This document shows, piece by piece, positions 14,002 through 29,600 of a DNA stretch of 64,000 nt. The number at the start of each line of letters is the position of its first letter. The first letter of the stretch is position 1. The DNA comes from Antedon mediterranea (taxonomy: Eukaryota > Animalia > Echinodermata). Location of the stretch: assembly GCF_964355755.1 (NCBI RefSeq), contig NC_092670.1:21438795-21502794 (forward strand), in the 5' to 3' direction. Below the pieces are notes generated by a model. That model did no database searches and was not told the origin of the DNA. It saw nothing but the letters and a program-made list of their open reading frames with translations. The position numbers were made by a program, and so were the translations under genes.

Positions 14002-14684
14002 TTTGATTTTTGGATTTTGAGCAAGTTAAAATTGATCAAGGAGGGGTGTCCCTGAATTTTCTTTTGAAACCAAGCCTTTAAACAATGGATTTCTTGTTAG
14101 AAATATATGTAAACACTCTTATAATTAGTTAATGTTTTATTAAATTTAGGCATATTTTGCCAATGTGTAATGTCTTTTTTGTTATTTTTTTGCCTTCATG
14201 TACTGTCTCTCTGAACTTTCTATTTAAAAGTCCTACCGATATAAAGTTCATCATCCGGGTTGCTGGTGAGATCTCGATAAAAAATTAGCGCATGCGTACT
14301 AAAGCAAAGAGATGCAACAGAAGGAATAGTTGACGTTTGGAGGATCAAAATGAAAAATTGAAAACCGTTTATAATCTATCTCATCAAATGATGAATATTA
14401 CTGAATCTGTGATATTGATGACGGATGAAATTGCTAGATGAATTATTATAACTTATAGTTTGAAAAGATTGAGGAAATAGTAATTGAAAAAGGTGATATT
14501 TATTGTGTTTTTCATGGTGTATATCTTTTGTTGACGACGTAGCTAAGACAGCTGATTCATACAAATGACTAAGCCGTCTGCCTGATCTTTGTAGGGAAGT
14601 GACCAGGTTTCTGTTTCCAGTTTATCCTTTTTATGGACCTTCTTTGAAATATAGATTCTTATGTGAATCTTTTCAAATTTCAGA
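14002..14684. promoter_or_regulatory. Candidate bidirectional promoter between MRPS7 and CK1
   Basis: The divergent ATGs are only 684 bp apart. YY1-like GCCATTTT lies at the MRPS7 start and an NRF1-like gcgcatgcg near 14288. Confidence 0.6.
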
Positions 14685-17600
14685 ATGGAGTTGAGAGTAG
14701 GAAATAAATACCGTCTTGGTCGTAAGATTGGAAGTGGATCTTTTGGAGACATTTATTTGGGTAAGGAAATTGATTTTAACCTTTGAACTATAACAGGTAA
14801 AATGAATATGAATGATATTCATAATTGTATACTATATTATTAAACTAGTCCTGACTAACCGCTTTGTCACTCATGACTCTGGACGGCTAATGCAAGGATA
14901 GGCCTATGGCTAGAGACATTACCCATTAATTACCAATTCTATTTAATAAACGGTAGCAACAGCACCTGTAAATATTGTGGGACTGTAAACTGTAGTGTAA
15001 ACAGTCATTGGTAATTATTGTTTTGCACCTGACGGGCAGTTTTAAAATAGAGCTTAGGGTTTTCCCAGTCGTCCGTGTGAATATCGCCTTCAAATATTTA
15101 GCCTACTCCTAATAAAGACAATGTAATTAAGTGTTTTAACCCATTGACCCCTAAGTTTATTTTGCTCCCCTGGGACCCAAAAAGCATATGTCATATAATT
15201 AACCCTAACTTTTTTTCTAAACACAGACATTAAAAAAATTAAAAAACAAAAATAATGCAAAGGACATTTTATTTCCAAATATTTTATCAAATTTTTGTTA
15301 CAACTTATTTTGGCGGAGTATGGATTATGCAAATTTTAGAAATATTTTTGGAAAATTATTAAAAATTTGTAATTTATCTTTGACTACCAAATGCACAAAA
15401 ATTAATAAATATTTCATAATAAAACTCATCTCTTCATCAGAACCTATTTCTTCTTTTCAAAATAAGACCAAACTTGACCATTATGAATGACCGGTTTCGA
15501 AATTATGAAGAAATTAGTAGACTGACTCATCCGACGATGACCATATGGGGCCTAGGCCTATCGGGAGCCGCCCCGAGAGCGTCGTCGCCGCTGTTTGTTC
15601 ACCGGGAATGTTAAAAAAAACATCCCGAAAGCGACTTGGAATTCGGGATTCTCACGCGCACCGGCATCCCTCGGGAGCTTAGTCCGCTGTTTTAGACGTG
15701 TAGCTTGCAGAAAATTTGACGAAAATGCGTCGAAAACTTATGAAATTAAAACAAGTTTGGTATCAAAATGTTTGTCAAAAGTTATGCTTCAATAAACTGA
15801 CCTTTGCGCAGAGTTTGAACAAATATTTCATGCCCATAATGCATCTGACATGTCAGGGTTCATATTACAATCAAAGGTAAACAATATGGCGCGGCCCTCG
15901 TGAGGACATCTTCACGACTTTTCTCCGGTAGAAAAATCACATTTTTACATGGAAATATGACGATTTAGACACTGTAACTGATACATAATCTTTATTTATT
16001 ATACATTTATTGTATACAAGCTTCAAAATAGTGATTATTAGAAATAAAGATGGATTTTAGACGATTTTACGTTGTATGTTTAGGCCTAGATTCATTCAAC
16101 GCGCCTGTCGCGTTTCGAACAGCGTGCTTCGAAAAACGGTTATATTTTCAAATTTTATTTTCAAACTAACTTCAACAATTGTTTTTATATATTTAGAAGC
16201 ATATTTTTTAAAAAAAAGTTGAGTATTTTGTATAATTTGTTGTTACAATTCATGCACAGCAAACTGCGCATGTAAATTCGATTTACTTTTTTTTTGTTGA
16301 TAATTTGTTTACAATGACCTTGACTTTTAACCTTTTGAGCGCTTTAAGCGCTTATCGTGGTGAATCGGTTAAACCATTTTCTTGTTTACAAAAATCTAAT
16401 CATTTTTTAATACAACACAATGGTAATAAATTGAATTTGAATTGTATTGTATCATCCATTATAGGAATAATCAATTATATCCAGATTGGTATAGTTAATT
16501 GTATTCCCTGCACTAACAATAACGTCTCATATTCACATAAAACATATGCTGCGGGCCACCAGTAATTTCAGTCAATATACAGTACTATTCAGAACATGGT
16601 TTGTCTACCTCTTTGTCTGTCATTACAATTTACTGATATATATATGAATATCAATTAATATCAGACATTGATATGAGCCACACCTAGACAGAAAGTACTG
16701 TGTATTTACTATGACAACTACTATAATAAAACAAGGAAATTCCAAATAAATTGTAAACAATATAATGTGATACTCTTGTGTGTTATTATGAAGTGTTCAG
16801 ACGCATAAAGAATACTGTATATATATTATAATAATTGTACTTGTACTGTGACAAAGAAGCAAATTCCAATTGTATTATTTGTTTAAAATGTAACTAACAA
16901 AATAATAATAGACTGGTACTTTTATTGTATTATGGAGGATTTAAAAATAGTTAATTGTACTACTTTCACTCGAGATAAAGTTGTACCAATTAAATGCAGT
17001 CGGTGAACTTCTAAATAATTAAATTTATCTGTTCATTAAACTAAATAGGATAAATTAGTTTTTAATGCCATTCAAATTCTGTAAATAAGCGAGTAATATA
17101 ATATCTGATTTAATTATTAATTACTTGAATAATAATGAGATTATTGTATAATATTTTGTCTTTTCCTTCCTTCTTCTAGGTACGAATATAACAAATGGAG
17201 AGGAAGTTGCAATTAAGTTGGAATGTATCAAAACAAAACATCCACAATTACACATAGAGAGCAAATTCTATAAAATGATGCAAGGAGGAGGTACATATTT
17301 TTACATTTTGTTAATGTACTCGTGCGAATATGAGCATTTTCTAAATATTTGTATAGGGTATTTATTGTTTATGAGATTACTGGCGCTAATTGTAGCTTCA
17401 TGTGAACACTGCTTATTGAATGCTAGCTTCATGTGAACACTGCTTATTGAACACTAACTCTAGCTTCATGTGAACACTGTCTACCAACCGACCAATCTCT
17501 CTCTATTTTAAGATAATCAAATAATATGCGTAAATGAAGCATTAAGATACATTTTACCTTTCCCTGACCTTTGGTTGATATTCATCTTACAAAATGCCTT

Positions 17601-20600
17601 GCTTCAAAGGGAAGGTGAATACATTTATATAAACTACAGGTACAGTAACAATTCACAGATTTACCTCTTGATATATTGTACTTTTTGTACAGACCAGTGC
17701 CACTGAAACAGAACAACAATATGACACTAAAGAATCATTTCTAAATTATCCTCAAATTTACCTAATTATCGTTTTTTCTAGGAACAATGCATTTTCCGTA
17801 GGTTTTAGATAGATATTGCAGATGTAGACAACTTGAATGCATAAAACCAGGCAAATAAACAAATCTGTTAAGCGACACGCATGCCATTTCAAAGTCTATA
17901 CTGTGAAAACTGCTCAGACTTCTCATTCTTAAGCCCAGTTTGTGTAGAAATTAGCCCCAGTTCTAAAGCTTGAATGCAGTGACATGACGTAATACAAGTG
18001 ACAGTTTTGATGGTCCATATTTGTGGTGTGGTACTGTATGTCCTTGTATTGGATCCATCCAAGCTTAAGCAGTGCTCATTTTAACAGCTCACTTTATGCA
18101 GTATGCTACTGTCTGTAGTTTGCTTTAGATTAAAGACACTGGAGCTACATTTGTTTGACCTAATTTAAGGTCACACACTACATTTTATGTAAAAATAAAT
18201 ACTATACTGTATGTACCTATTGCGATATTTTTTCGTCTTTGAATGGTTAAAATTGTGAAAAATTCTTTTAATCGATTCTAATAATTTTAGCAGCCCGCTA
18301 TAAATCCCAACATGCATCGCGCAGTGATTGAGATGTGTTGCATCGACTTTGAGCGACCATGTGAAATGGTAAACAAATAAAAGAACCACAACTTTTCAAT
18401 GAAAATATCAGGTCTTCCTCAATTTGTATTTAATGGATTCTTCCAAAAACGAAGACGTCAGGGTAGGTCTACAGCTAGCGTGCAATGTTTGTATGTTACC
18501 GTTCTTTACCAGCTTGGCCTACAAAACTAAGCCTAACTAAGCTAAACCTAGAATCGTCCACGAGAGAACTTTCAACGCGAGCTACAGTACTTAGATTATG
18601 AGATAATGCATTGTTTTTCTCTTTAGAACAGACATTTAAGACAAGAAATGACCTGGGTTAATGATTTTAAAGTTATAATTATTAATATGCATTATTTTTA
18701 CAAAACAGCAAAAATTGCAAGTCTAGTGTCTTTAACTGGCCCAGTGGTTTAGTAGGCATGTTATGGTTTTGACTAATCAATTGAATTAAACTGTTTTTGC
18801 TAATAGAAATAACAGCTTTCAAATTTCATTAAAAATTCATTAAAATCATTAGAAATTAGTCATTTTAACCCAACCCATTTTAGAATATTTAAATAATGAA
18901 TAAATTATGAATAGTAAATAATGACAAAAACGTGGATGAGTCATTTGTGTAATTTTCAAGTTAAACTCTTGCAAATTATTTAATGTCACTATTTTCCAAG
19001 AAAATATAGCATTGAAGAAGAAAACTCTTTGTAGAGAAATGTAATTTTAAGAAATCTAATTAAATTGAAATAAAAAGAATTCTTGCTGCGGATTAGAAAG
19101 TAGGCCATGTTTTCCTATTCAAAGCATGGATGATTGGTGGAGATGGACAATTTCTGCTTCCCCACAAATTCTTTGAGTTTTATGTAAGTGTTTTCGGTGT
19201 CTAACCTATACATCTTCATGGTCATCCACAACTTGTTTGTATCCAAGACCCTAAGTACGTCCCTGGATATATATTGCTAATTAGAATGATTAGGTGACTT
19301 TTAGCACTTACAGATAGTATTATACCCCATTCTGTTTATAACTATACTTAACAGTGGCCATTGTTCTATTGTATTCACATTGACAATCTTTGGAAGATTA
19401 CCACTGGTGAACAATAGGATTGTATCCATCGTAGGGATTCACCTGATTTGAAAATCAATATTAAGACAAGTATTTATATGTTTCTAACTACTGTACTGGG
19501 TGTGCAGGATTGAAGATAGTACTTTGACCTTGTGTCTGGTAAAACATTGGAGAGCTGGCTACAACAAAAATTAGCACCTTGGTCAGTTGCCAACTACTGT
19601 ACCTTCTTTAAAAATAAGTCATTCTTCATTCTTTGTGTTTGAAACTGTTATGTGATTTGATAGTACAGTCAACTTTCCTTCAAAACCAGACTTCTCTTGA
19701 GGTCCAAAAGTCTCAAACCAGACAGTGGCATAGCCCAAGGCTTTCTGGTATTGGGATTGGAAAGTGAGTTGTACAATACTTTAGAGTTTACCACCACATT
19801 TTGCATCAAAATACAACCAATGTATAGCTTGATGATGATAATTAAGAAATTTAACTATAAAAAAAATTGTACCATACAGTAGATTAAATACTATGATGAA
19901 TGAATATTAAAAAATACTTCCAGTAATTTGTTATTCTAAAAAAATGCTGATAAAATTCATTTTAGGGAGTGTCATTATAAATTGCATGAAACAAGATGTA
20001 CTGTAGCATGATTTATGTAAAGTAGGTAGAGTAATTTAGTTTAAAAAAATCTTTTTAAGCTCTGTCTACAATATCAAACTAGTTTGACAAAAAAAGTTTG
20101 ATGTGCCCAAATGTGGTAGTGATATGGATCAATATTAGTGCACATCACAGCACATTTGTTGTCACATAAAATTTGATAGTGTAGACATTGTTTTCTAAGC
20201 GTAGCACTAAAGGTGGGATTGTTCGCATTTGGCTTATTCCAGGCTGGAAAAAACATTCTGTGGCATTGATATATGTTGTACAATCATTTTAAACCAATCC
20301 TTGACATTAGGAATCATAAGTAAGACATCCCATTTTTAATGTTTTGTGGATAAAATAATTACTACACAATAGTACTACAAAATAGTGCTTTTTTTGTTGG
20401 TTTTGTAATGGCTTGTAATTTGAAATTGCATTATTACTGTGACAGTAAAATATTTCAACATTTTTATTCAATGGTTGACCAGTTAAAAGCTAACCATATT
20501 TAATTCCACTGCATGTAATACTAATGTCGCCTTGACTGCGTTACAAGTAAACGTCGTCGTTACACACTAATCACAATCTGTACTTACTATTATTGCTATG

Positions 20601-23600
20601 CATATTTCTAGGGGCTAATTTTAGCTCTTGTTGTCATAGTTCAAATGAAACTCGTATAGCCTAGTTCTAATGTGGCTTTTAGTTTGGGGATTTTTGATTC
20701 TGTGAAAATAATTTTATTAACAATATTTTAATTAAAGTAGAGAAGAATATGTGCAAAAATGAGGTTGCTACAAATTTAATGTTAATTTATTTCAATCTAG
20801 GGAAGGACATTTTAAATTAGATGGACCATAATGTTGATTGTTGATTCAAAATTAAAATATTTCACATATTTAATACATTTCTGTACAGTACATTGCGTGA
20901 ATGAATGAATACAATTATTTCAGTACTGTCAAGAATATAAATTAACATAATTTTGATAGTGCGTAGTTGTTTGGGAAAATGCATTAAATGCAAACTGGAG
21001 CTAGAACAAATGCTCATTGGTTTTCACAAAATGTTTTATTATTGGTTATCATTACACCAGCGCATCCGAAGCTTTCATTTACACTCATCCACTGGAAGAA
21101 GTTAAAATATTAATAGGATTATTTTTAGGAAATCATTTCCAGTGGTTTTCGATTACTGCAAGTCGGTTTTATTGTATTTAGATACCAATTTATAGAACAG
21201 ATCCATGCAGGATTTTGATTTTAATACCTCAAAGGATGTCCTGGTAGAAGCCACAATATATGACCGGTGGTGAGTGATTAATAATAATAATACTCACCTT
21301 TGTGTCATGGACAACAGATTTTAGTATTATTGAATTAAAGTATTGAGACAAAAGGTTTAGACTACAGTAGCGTATAGGGCAACAGTTTTACTCTTTGTTG
21401 TTATATTTTGAGACTAAAGGCCAATTTACAAAGACGAGGAGTAACGGTAATACAAATATACAGTACAGAAAGAAAATACTGCAACTTTACCTACGAAGTA
21501 GCTTCGTAGATAGAACGTAGGCTACGTTGTTGGCTTCGTAGGTTCCATTGTTTGGCTTCGTAACCTCAATAAACAACTTTCAATGAGCTACGTTCTGAAC
21601 TTCGTAGGGAGTTTGTAACCTAAATAAACAACCCTACGATGTTCTTAGTGAAGTAAGGTGTGAAATTAATGTGTTAAATTTAACTGGCGGAGGACAAAGT
21701 TGTAAATTAATAAAAAATAAATAATATTTTTTAATCGTAATCTTTTCCTTCGTGCGTGTTTACCTACTCAACGGCGAATATAAATATAAATTTCCCACGA
21801 TGTATAACGTAGAGAGAGACACGATCCAACACAGGTGAACCGCAACGAACAGGCCAACTAATATAGCGAACGTCCAGTCCCATCCAGAAACGATGCCGAG
21901 AAAAAAAGATCGTAAACAATTCATTCTAAATATAGCATCAGGACGTTCAATCGGTCGCTCAAAAAGACTGCCGACAGAAGACCGTAACAGTCTGGACCGT
22001 AATTAATACAGACCTAGTTTTTTTTGGTCACATGGCATGAAACGCGATACTCTCTGCTTACCGCAATCTCTCACACGTTTTTTTTTACTCAGTACGAGCA
22101 TGAGAGGGTGGCTACCGTCTGACGACGATAAAACAGTAATTAAGATCGTGTACCTGGATTTTGTGTCACATGACATGAAACATAATACTCTCTCTAAACT
22201 GCTCAGCTCACATGTTTTTTCCCCTCCAAATTCTGGTCGGGCCTTTTTCTTTATACATGTCGTAAATCATTTTAAAAGGCCTATTATGTATGTTAAATCT
22301 TAATAATGGAATATATATTTATTTTGCATATATTTTGTTGGTGTCCTAGCCTAGGTGTCGTTGTTTTTATAATTCGCTAACCCAATAAGGTAGGAATAAA
22401 TAATTTATAGTGTAGGCCGCCGACTCTCTCTACGTGAGCTGAGGTCCACCGGCCCGATGTCGTTTCGTCGGCGGATTTCCGTCCAAATTAGGATAACCGA
22501 TGCGTAGGGAGGCTACAAAAATCTTTAGGTAGGATTTTAATTAGCAAACAATACATTGTTTGTTTGCATTGTCCATGCTTCTACGAACCACCTTACGATC
22601 GAGGCGTAGCCTAGATTTCATAACAATACATCGTAGGCTACGAACAATACATCGTAGGCTAAGAACAATACATCGTAGGCTACGAACAATACATCGTAGG
22701 AGAGAACAATACATCGTAGGAGAGAACAATACATCGTAGGAGAGAACAATGACCTACGTTCTACCTACGAAAGCCTACGCGTAGATACGAAGCAGTAATT
22801 TCTTTCTGTACTGTAGAATGTATGTTATTCCTTATGACCATTTACACACAACCAGCGGTTTTCCCTCTCAGAAGAGATAGAGATTCTACTGTATGTTGGA
22901 CAAGCACTGTTTTCCGATTACCATTACTGCTCGACTGTGTAAATTGGCCTTTACCCAGCATACGTCTACCATTAGTAGATGAAAGAAAGCCTGTAATAAT
23001 ATTATAACCAAAATTGATCGTTTTGTACTTGGTGTGATAGTGAAAAAGCTCCCAGTACAAAATGTAGTGTTTAAGTTTCAGACTGTACACAATATAACCC
23101 TACAAACCTTTGGGCTGTTTTTTATTTGACACAAACTGACACATTATAAGACCATACACAACATGTAATTTTTCCATAACACTACTGAACAATTAAAACA
23201 AAAAACATGGTCATAAGATGTCATAAGGTGGTCATACTGAAGTATATTACACAGTACTGTAGAACTTCTTTTTAACTGGCATAACCTTTACCTCAAATGG
23301 TACCCCCCCCCCCCCCCCCCCGACAGCATTTAGAGGAATCTGTATTTCTACTACTAGGACCAGACTAATGATAACAAAGCTAACTCTAACCCATATAACT
23401 TAGTATTATCTGTGCTGGGTATGGTATGAAATCAAGCCATGGCCATATTATTATTACAGTAAAGGAATTCTGTCATGGAAACATCACACATTGATTTAGT
23501 AATCCTAACATACTTAGAATTACTGATATTTCTAATTAGAAGCCACTGATAATATCAGGCATGCACTATGCTATAGTGCATGTACTGTTGTTGACCTTTA

Positions 23601-26600
23601 TTGACATTTTGGTATGAAAGAAATAAGCATCTTCATTTGTCACAGTTTATAAAAATAAACATTTGGAGCAGGATGTTATATCTACAGTATCACCTCTGTT
23701 TAAAGAGATAAGGCTGCATTATTATTTTTTTCCACAATTGTTTTAAAATTATATATTGTAGGTTTTGTTTTTATACTGAATAAAAATTAAATTTGACTTT
23801 AATTAAATCAATGTCTGTGTTACTATAGCTATATTGCTTGTATCCATGGGAAGATAATTTACTTTCTCATTGCCTCTTCTTTTGAGTGTCATTGGTCTTA
23901 CTGTATTATTACACATGTGCGCGATAAAAAATATTAATTCCAAGGTAATGCGTTAGACCGTCTCCCATTGTTCTGATCATCTACAATAACTATATTTCAT
24001 GTTATTTTTTTATTTACAGTGGGGATACCAACAATAAAATGGTGTGGAGCAGAAGGGGATTACAATGTAATGGTGATGGAGCTATTAGGACCTAGTTTAG
24101 AGGATTTGTTTAACTTCTGTTCCAGAGAATTCAGTCTTAAAACTGTTCTACTATTAGCAGACCAGCTGGTAAGTTAAGAATGCAGGTATTGCAGAACTAA
24201 ATTTGTTGGCCTACATTATAACTGGCTGTAGGGGTGGAACTTGTTGACTTCAGGCCTACTCAACTAAGAGTTTCCCATTTATGCTTACAACCCATATACT
24301 ATTTGATTAGAATTCGTGTTCAACAGCTAACCATGCACTTGTTTTTAAAAATTTACAAATTTGGCAAAAAATAAAATTGGCAGCCTTTCAGCAGTTTTGC
24401 GAAAGGAAAATTGACCTTGGCGTAAGCGTAGCAACCCCAGTTTGTTAACTAATGAACACTAAATCATGTGAAAGAAATTTATTTATTTATTCTGTCTTTA
24501 TACTGAATGACACTTTTAGTGCTAGAGCATTGATTTCCAAAGTGGTTCAGTAGAGAACATTAACAATAATAAAAATATTCAATAACAAATTTACATTAGT
24601 AGTACACACACATTTACAAAAAGTAAACAATATCTACAAAACATAGAGGATATAAAAAATGAAAGGTATTCAAGGTAAAATTTACTTAATACTTAATCAG
24701 TAATATTTTGAATTGAATTTTTAAAAGTTGAAAGTGTCAATGATTTATAGTTTGTTTTTGTGTCAATTGAAAAAGGGGAAAAAAACAATAAATCATACAC
24801 ACTCACATTTTTATACTGGATAGTTCGGAAAAGTTATATAACTTGAATTGAATAGTGTTAAGGAGTTGATTGAAATGTTAAGGCCCCATTTATTATTAAT
24901 TGGATTTCTTTGAATCATTAGAGAGAAAGTTGGAGACAGTCATTAAATAATTTCCTAACATTTTTGTTTAATTACTAGTAATGAGTTCATAGAAATTACA
25001 CCTTGTAATGGAAATTGAAATTAATGAAACCTTTCCACAGAATTTATTTTGTGACATTTATAAAATTTAATTTTAAAAAAATAACCGTCCTCAATACAAA
25101 TGATAATGCATTAAATATAAAACATATTCCTAAGTACTACGTCTGTATTTGAAATGCTAGTGGTAGGCTATTTCTCGGTTTGTTTTTTCCTTCATACGTT
25201 TGATTTACTCCTAACTGAAAATATTATATCAAGGAAGCGGAATTGGGTTCCGATGAGTATGATTACCAACTGTTCATGCTAAATAAATCAACGAGAAAAT
25301 AAATAAATCTATTGTTTATGATGCTTCATTTATTCAACTACCTGTACTCAAACATCTTAACAATAGCTTAAATATCATTGGCTGTAAGAAGTGTAAACCG
25401 TAATTATATAAGCATTGTTTGAAATCTGAGAAAATATTCACCTATTGTTACAGCACAATGTTGCATAATAACAATGCAATTAGCATAATTAACTAACTCC
25501 TATTTTTGTAGTTCAAACTGATTATTGGCTAATTGTGTCATTTGTGCCAATACAGTAGAATATGTATAAATTCTTATTTTGTGTTTCTTAAACCTATTCA
25601 ACAGAGATGCCGGAGTATCAGCTCCTTTTTGTACATGCAGGAATTTTGGGGAATTTTGTACTATGTACATTGTTGTACATGTAAGCATGATTAATATGTC
25701 TTCCTTTTGATAACAAAGAGAAATGACTATTCAATTTGGCATTAACAAACTACAGGCTTAGTCTTAACTTTATAGTTTGGTTTTTAATATTAAATGCAAT
25801 GTACAATACATTATTCAACTATAGTTGAAGGAAATAGTCAAGTAGATATTTTATTTTAAAATAGCATACTGTACATTATAGCATTTACTGTTAAAATAAA
25901 GAATATATTTTATAATTTTTAACTTTACTGGTCACTTTTTTTGCTTAAAATTGGACATTTTTTACAGTAAAATAAAGAATATATTTATAATTTTAATTGT
26001 TGTACACAAAAACTTTACCGGTCACTTTTGCTAGATACAGTAAAGTACCGTATATTTCGGTGTATAAGTCGCACCTGTGTATAAGACGCACCCCCTAACT
26101 GAGAGTAAAATATCGGTATTTTTTATATCGTCGATGTATAAGACGCACTTTATATTTCATCAAAACAATGTTTTTTTTAAATTGTAATCAATATTATTGT
26201 AATAATATATTGTTATATCTACAACGGAGTCCTTTATTTAGGGTTTTTCTTACCTAGGCTCGGCCGCACCCAGCCTCAACAAGCCTAACTTGTTATTCAT
26301 GAGTTTCGCCGCAACATCGAGTGCATGACCGTGTGTTACACGCACGTGTGGGCTAGCCTCGCTCAATCATTTCGAGAGGGCGCACATTTTCACGGACAAT
26401 CGTATTCGATTATTATCTATGTATCCAAGAAGTGTATACGCTAGGTCCATGCTATAATCAACTGGAGAATATACTAGTCGAATACCATAGACCATGTGGC
26501 CGCCAAGAAGGGCTTGCGCTGGGGGTACGGCGGTCTGCGATCGTGCGTATAACTATAAACAAATACTAGGCCTAGTAGTAGGCTAGGCCTATTCCAATCG

Positions 26601-29600
26601 TAAACGTTTACAAATGAAATTTTATCGGAGCACCTAAAACAGCTCCATAATGAACAAATCTTTTCATCATATTTAGTATAACATACATCACGCTAAAATG
26701 CCTTGAAAACTAGGCAGAAGCAGGTTGCCGTTACGTTAGTACACTGTAGTTAGCCTAGGCCTAGCCAACGAGGTGACGATATGTAGGCTACAATCTGTGT
26801 GGTGTGAGGCATAATGTTCGGTGTATAAGACGCACCCTTAATTTTGAGGTCAAATTTGCGTGTCAAAAGTGCGACTTATACACCGAAATATACGGTATGT
26901 TCTTGGTTATTTTGCTTGAAACTGCACATTAAAGCTGACTGAAATGTAATAAATAAATAAAAACTGATAATATTTCTGTCAACAGTTCTCTAATGTTGTT
27001 GACAAATTAGTTGCCAATTCATTGTTAGATTTTCACCCAATTCACAAAATTGTTAACAGGTGTGACTACTGCTTTCTGGCAAAAATTTGTTTTCATTGTT
27101 GTGTGCCAATTTATGATTCATGCAATGATTTTGTTCATGCTTCTGTGAGTTAACCTAAATAGAAATAACATTTAAACCTTACAAAAGTGTGAAATATTCA
27201 CGGAACCAGTTGGTGAATGGTGTCATTGTCATTTAGTTATTTAAGGAGGGTTACCTTGTTTGGCTGCCAACAAAATTGGCTGCACAATTTTAAAAATAAT
27301 AGTCATAAATATTTATATACCCTAAATAATCAGTGTAACACTAAATAAGAATAACACCTATTTAATCAACCTAACTCCTAAATAACCCTCTGAAATATTA
27401 CAGTATCTTGGAACAATTCCAGTCAACACAAATTGTGCTGCCCATTTCGTAAAACAATGATGGATCCCATTGAAATACTGATATTTAATACAAAGCGACT
27501 ACTGTACACAATGAAGCAATTATTTCATTTAATAGTGCTCTGTTTAATCATTCTTATATTAAATAATAATCATAATTAATTTAGTTCCATTGCGTTGTCG
27601 CCATTTGTAGTACTAGTAGTACACTCGTTTCCTGCAATATAATAATAATATAAAAACCTTTTGATATAGCTGGCAATGCTTATCTAACAAAACTATCATA
27701 CAGGTAAAATAATATTATCACTATATTTCCATATTATAATTGAAATGTTTGCACGATTCATTGATTAACCTGAGTTTCCTATATTTAATATTAACTAATA
27801 ACATTTCCTTCAATAGTGTTATTTTTGTTGGCAGGTTTTTTTTTTGGCAGGCAGATAGACCCCACCCAACAAAATATTGTGAATCACACAGTACAAGAGA
27901 GTATAGGTTATGCGCTCAAACTTTAAGTATGACCCCTAGAAGAAAGCTTTGGGTCAACGACCAATGAAATAATATGAGTCAAATTTCTGTTGTCATGTTG
28001 TTTCTAATGTTGTTAAATAAGCTAGGGATGTTTAACTAGATAAAGCTAGGGAGGGCGGTGCAAAAATAGTCAAGCACAGGCCTCGAATTTGGGGATTTTA
28101 GGTGCAAGGCCATTTGGCCTCCGGTTTTCATTGATTTTAGGGAAACCAAGGCCAAATGGGAGGGCACCAAGGCCATTTGCTTTAAATCGAAGGGGCACCA
28201 AGGCCAAAATTAAAAAAAATTTTAATAACTAGGCCAAAATTTAAAAATAGCTTGTTTCCGGTTGAGGGGAAAAAAAGAATTCTACCCGTAAAATGTTTTG
28301 GGAATTTCCCCCTATTCATCAGATTGCGTAGTAGTAGTAGGACTGTCTACAATTACATCTTTTTGTATTTCATATAAATATTACGTGTATTTACGATCCA
28401 TATAAATAATAAATAGGTACGATGTTCAGCGTTTATAGTTTACCATCCTGTGTTGAATGTTTCGTTTAGTTTCAAATAATGCGATAAAAAGGCATGTGAA
28501 GCCAACCAAGCAAGGCCCAGAACAGGTATAAAGACCCTTACAACAGCAAGCTACTCAGCCTTACTTAGCTAGCAGCCGACGGAGAAAACATGATACAAAA
28601 ACAATTTGTTTGTAGGCCTTACCTACAACTATTCATACACAGAGTGTTAACCACGGTAAAAATCAAGCCAATGACATTATGTAGTAGAATATAAATTATA
28701 GTTATTTTCAGAGTTTCGATTTCTGAAGCTTTTTTGTTAGTATAATTCCATATTTATAAGAATTCAAAACACGGACGGACACCGACCCCTTTCTCTCTCT
28801 CTGTTTAGCCTTCTGCACGTGTATTGTGGACTATACCATTTCCTTGAGTTCGGTAAAAACGCGTTTGGTAATTTACCTGTATTTTAATGTACACCCCTGT
28901 ATTTTAATGTACTATCTATACCATGATTTACCACGCACGGCGGCCGGGATGATATTGTTTTGGTTACACAATGTTCGATGTTTTGTTTACTGTTTGTGTA
29001 TTAATAAATGCGTTTAGGGAAATCCCCTTGCAACGAAGGCAGGCGATAGTTTTGCGTCTTGTATGAGTCGTGTAAACAAATCTTCTTGACATTATTTTCT
29101 ATCTAATTCAGTGGTTTTTATTGTGGTAAAACTCGGGAAGCGGTAAAATTCGAGGCCTGCAAGCACATTGGATACTGCTATACTGTATGTCTACAGATAA
29201 AAGGCCTACAGGAGATATTGAATCTGCCCCTGCTCTTGATATATTGTACAATATAACAGATTGTATGATGCGATTAAGAGTTTTAGAGATGACTAATGCA
29301 TGATAGGTGTATTGTAAATTATGGTCATTATGTAAATGAGTAAATAATTCAGTTCAGTATACTTTATTCATCGCAAATTGGTAAAATAGATAACAATAAC
29401 ATTAAGATGTGTGGTTATATTAGGAAAGAGGAGGTTTCAGCTGGATACTGTAATTTTAAAATACTTTTAAAACACAGTAAAATGGACATACAGTACTTAT
29501 TCTAAGCTCTGTTTACACTATCAAATTATTTTGACAAAAAAGTGTGATGTGCCCAAATATGGTAGTGATATGACATCACATTTTTTGGTCATATAAAATG

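Noticed and set aside
15134-16570. piggyBac-like start ttaacccattgacccc and CpG-richer interior in CK1 intron 1
   Set aside because: No matching second terminus found. Probably a transposon relic, but the boundaries are unsupported.
23303-23321. 19-nt poly-C run (possible G4 on the minus strand)
   Set aside because: An isolated homopolymer with no further evidence of function; length is unreliable in assemblies.
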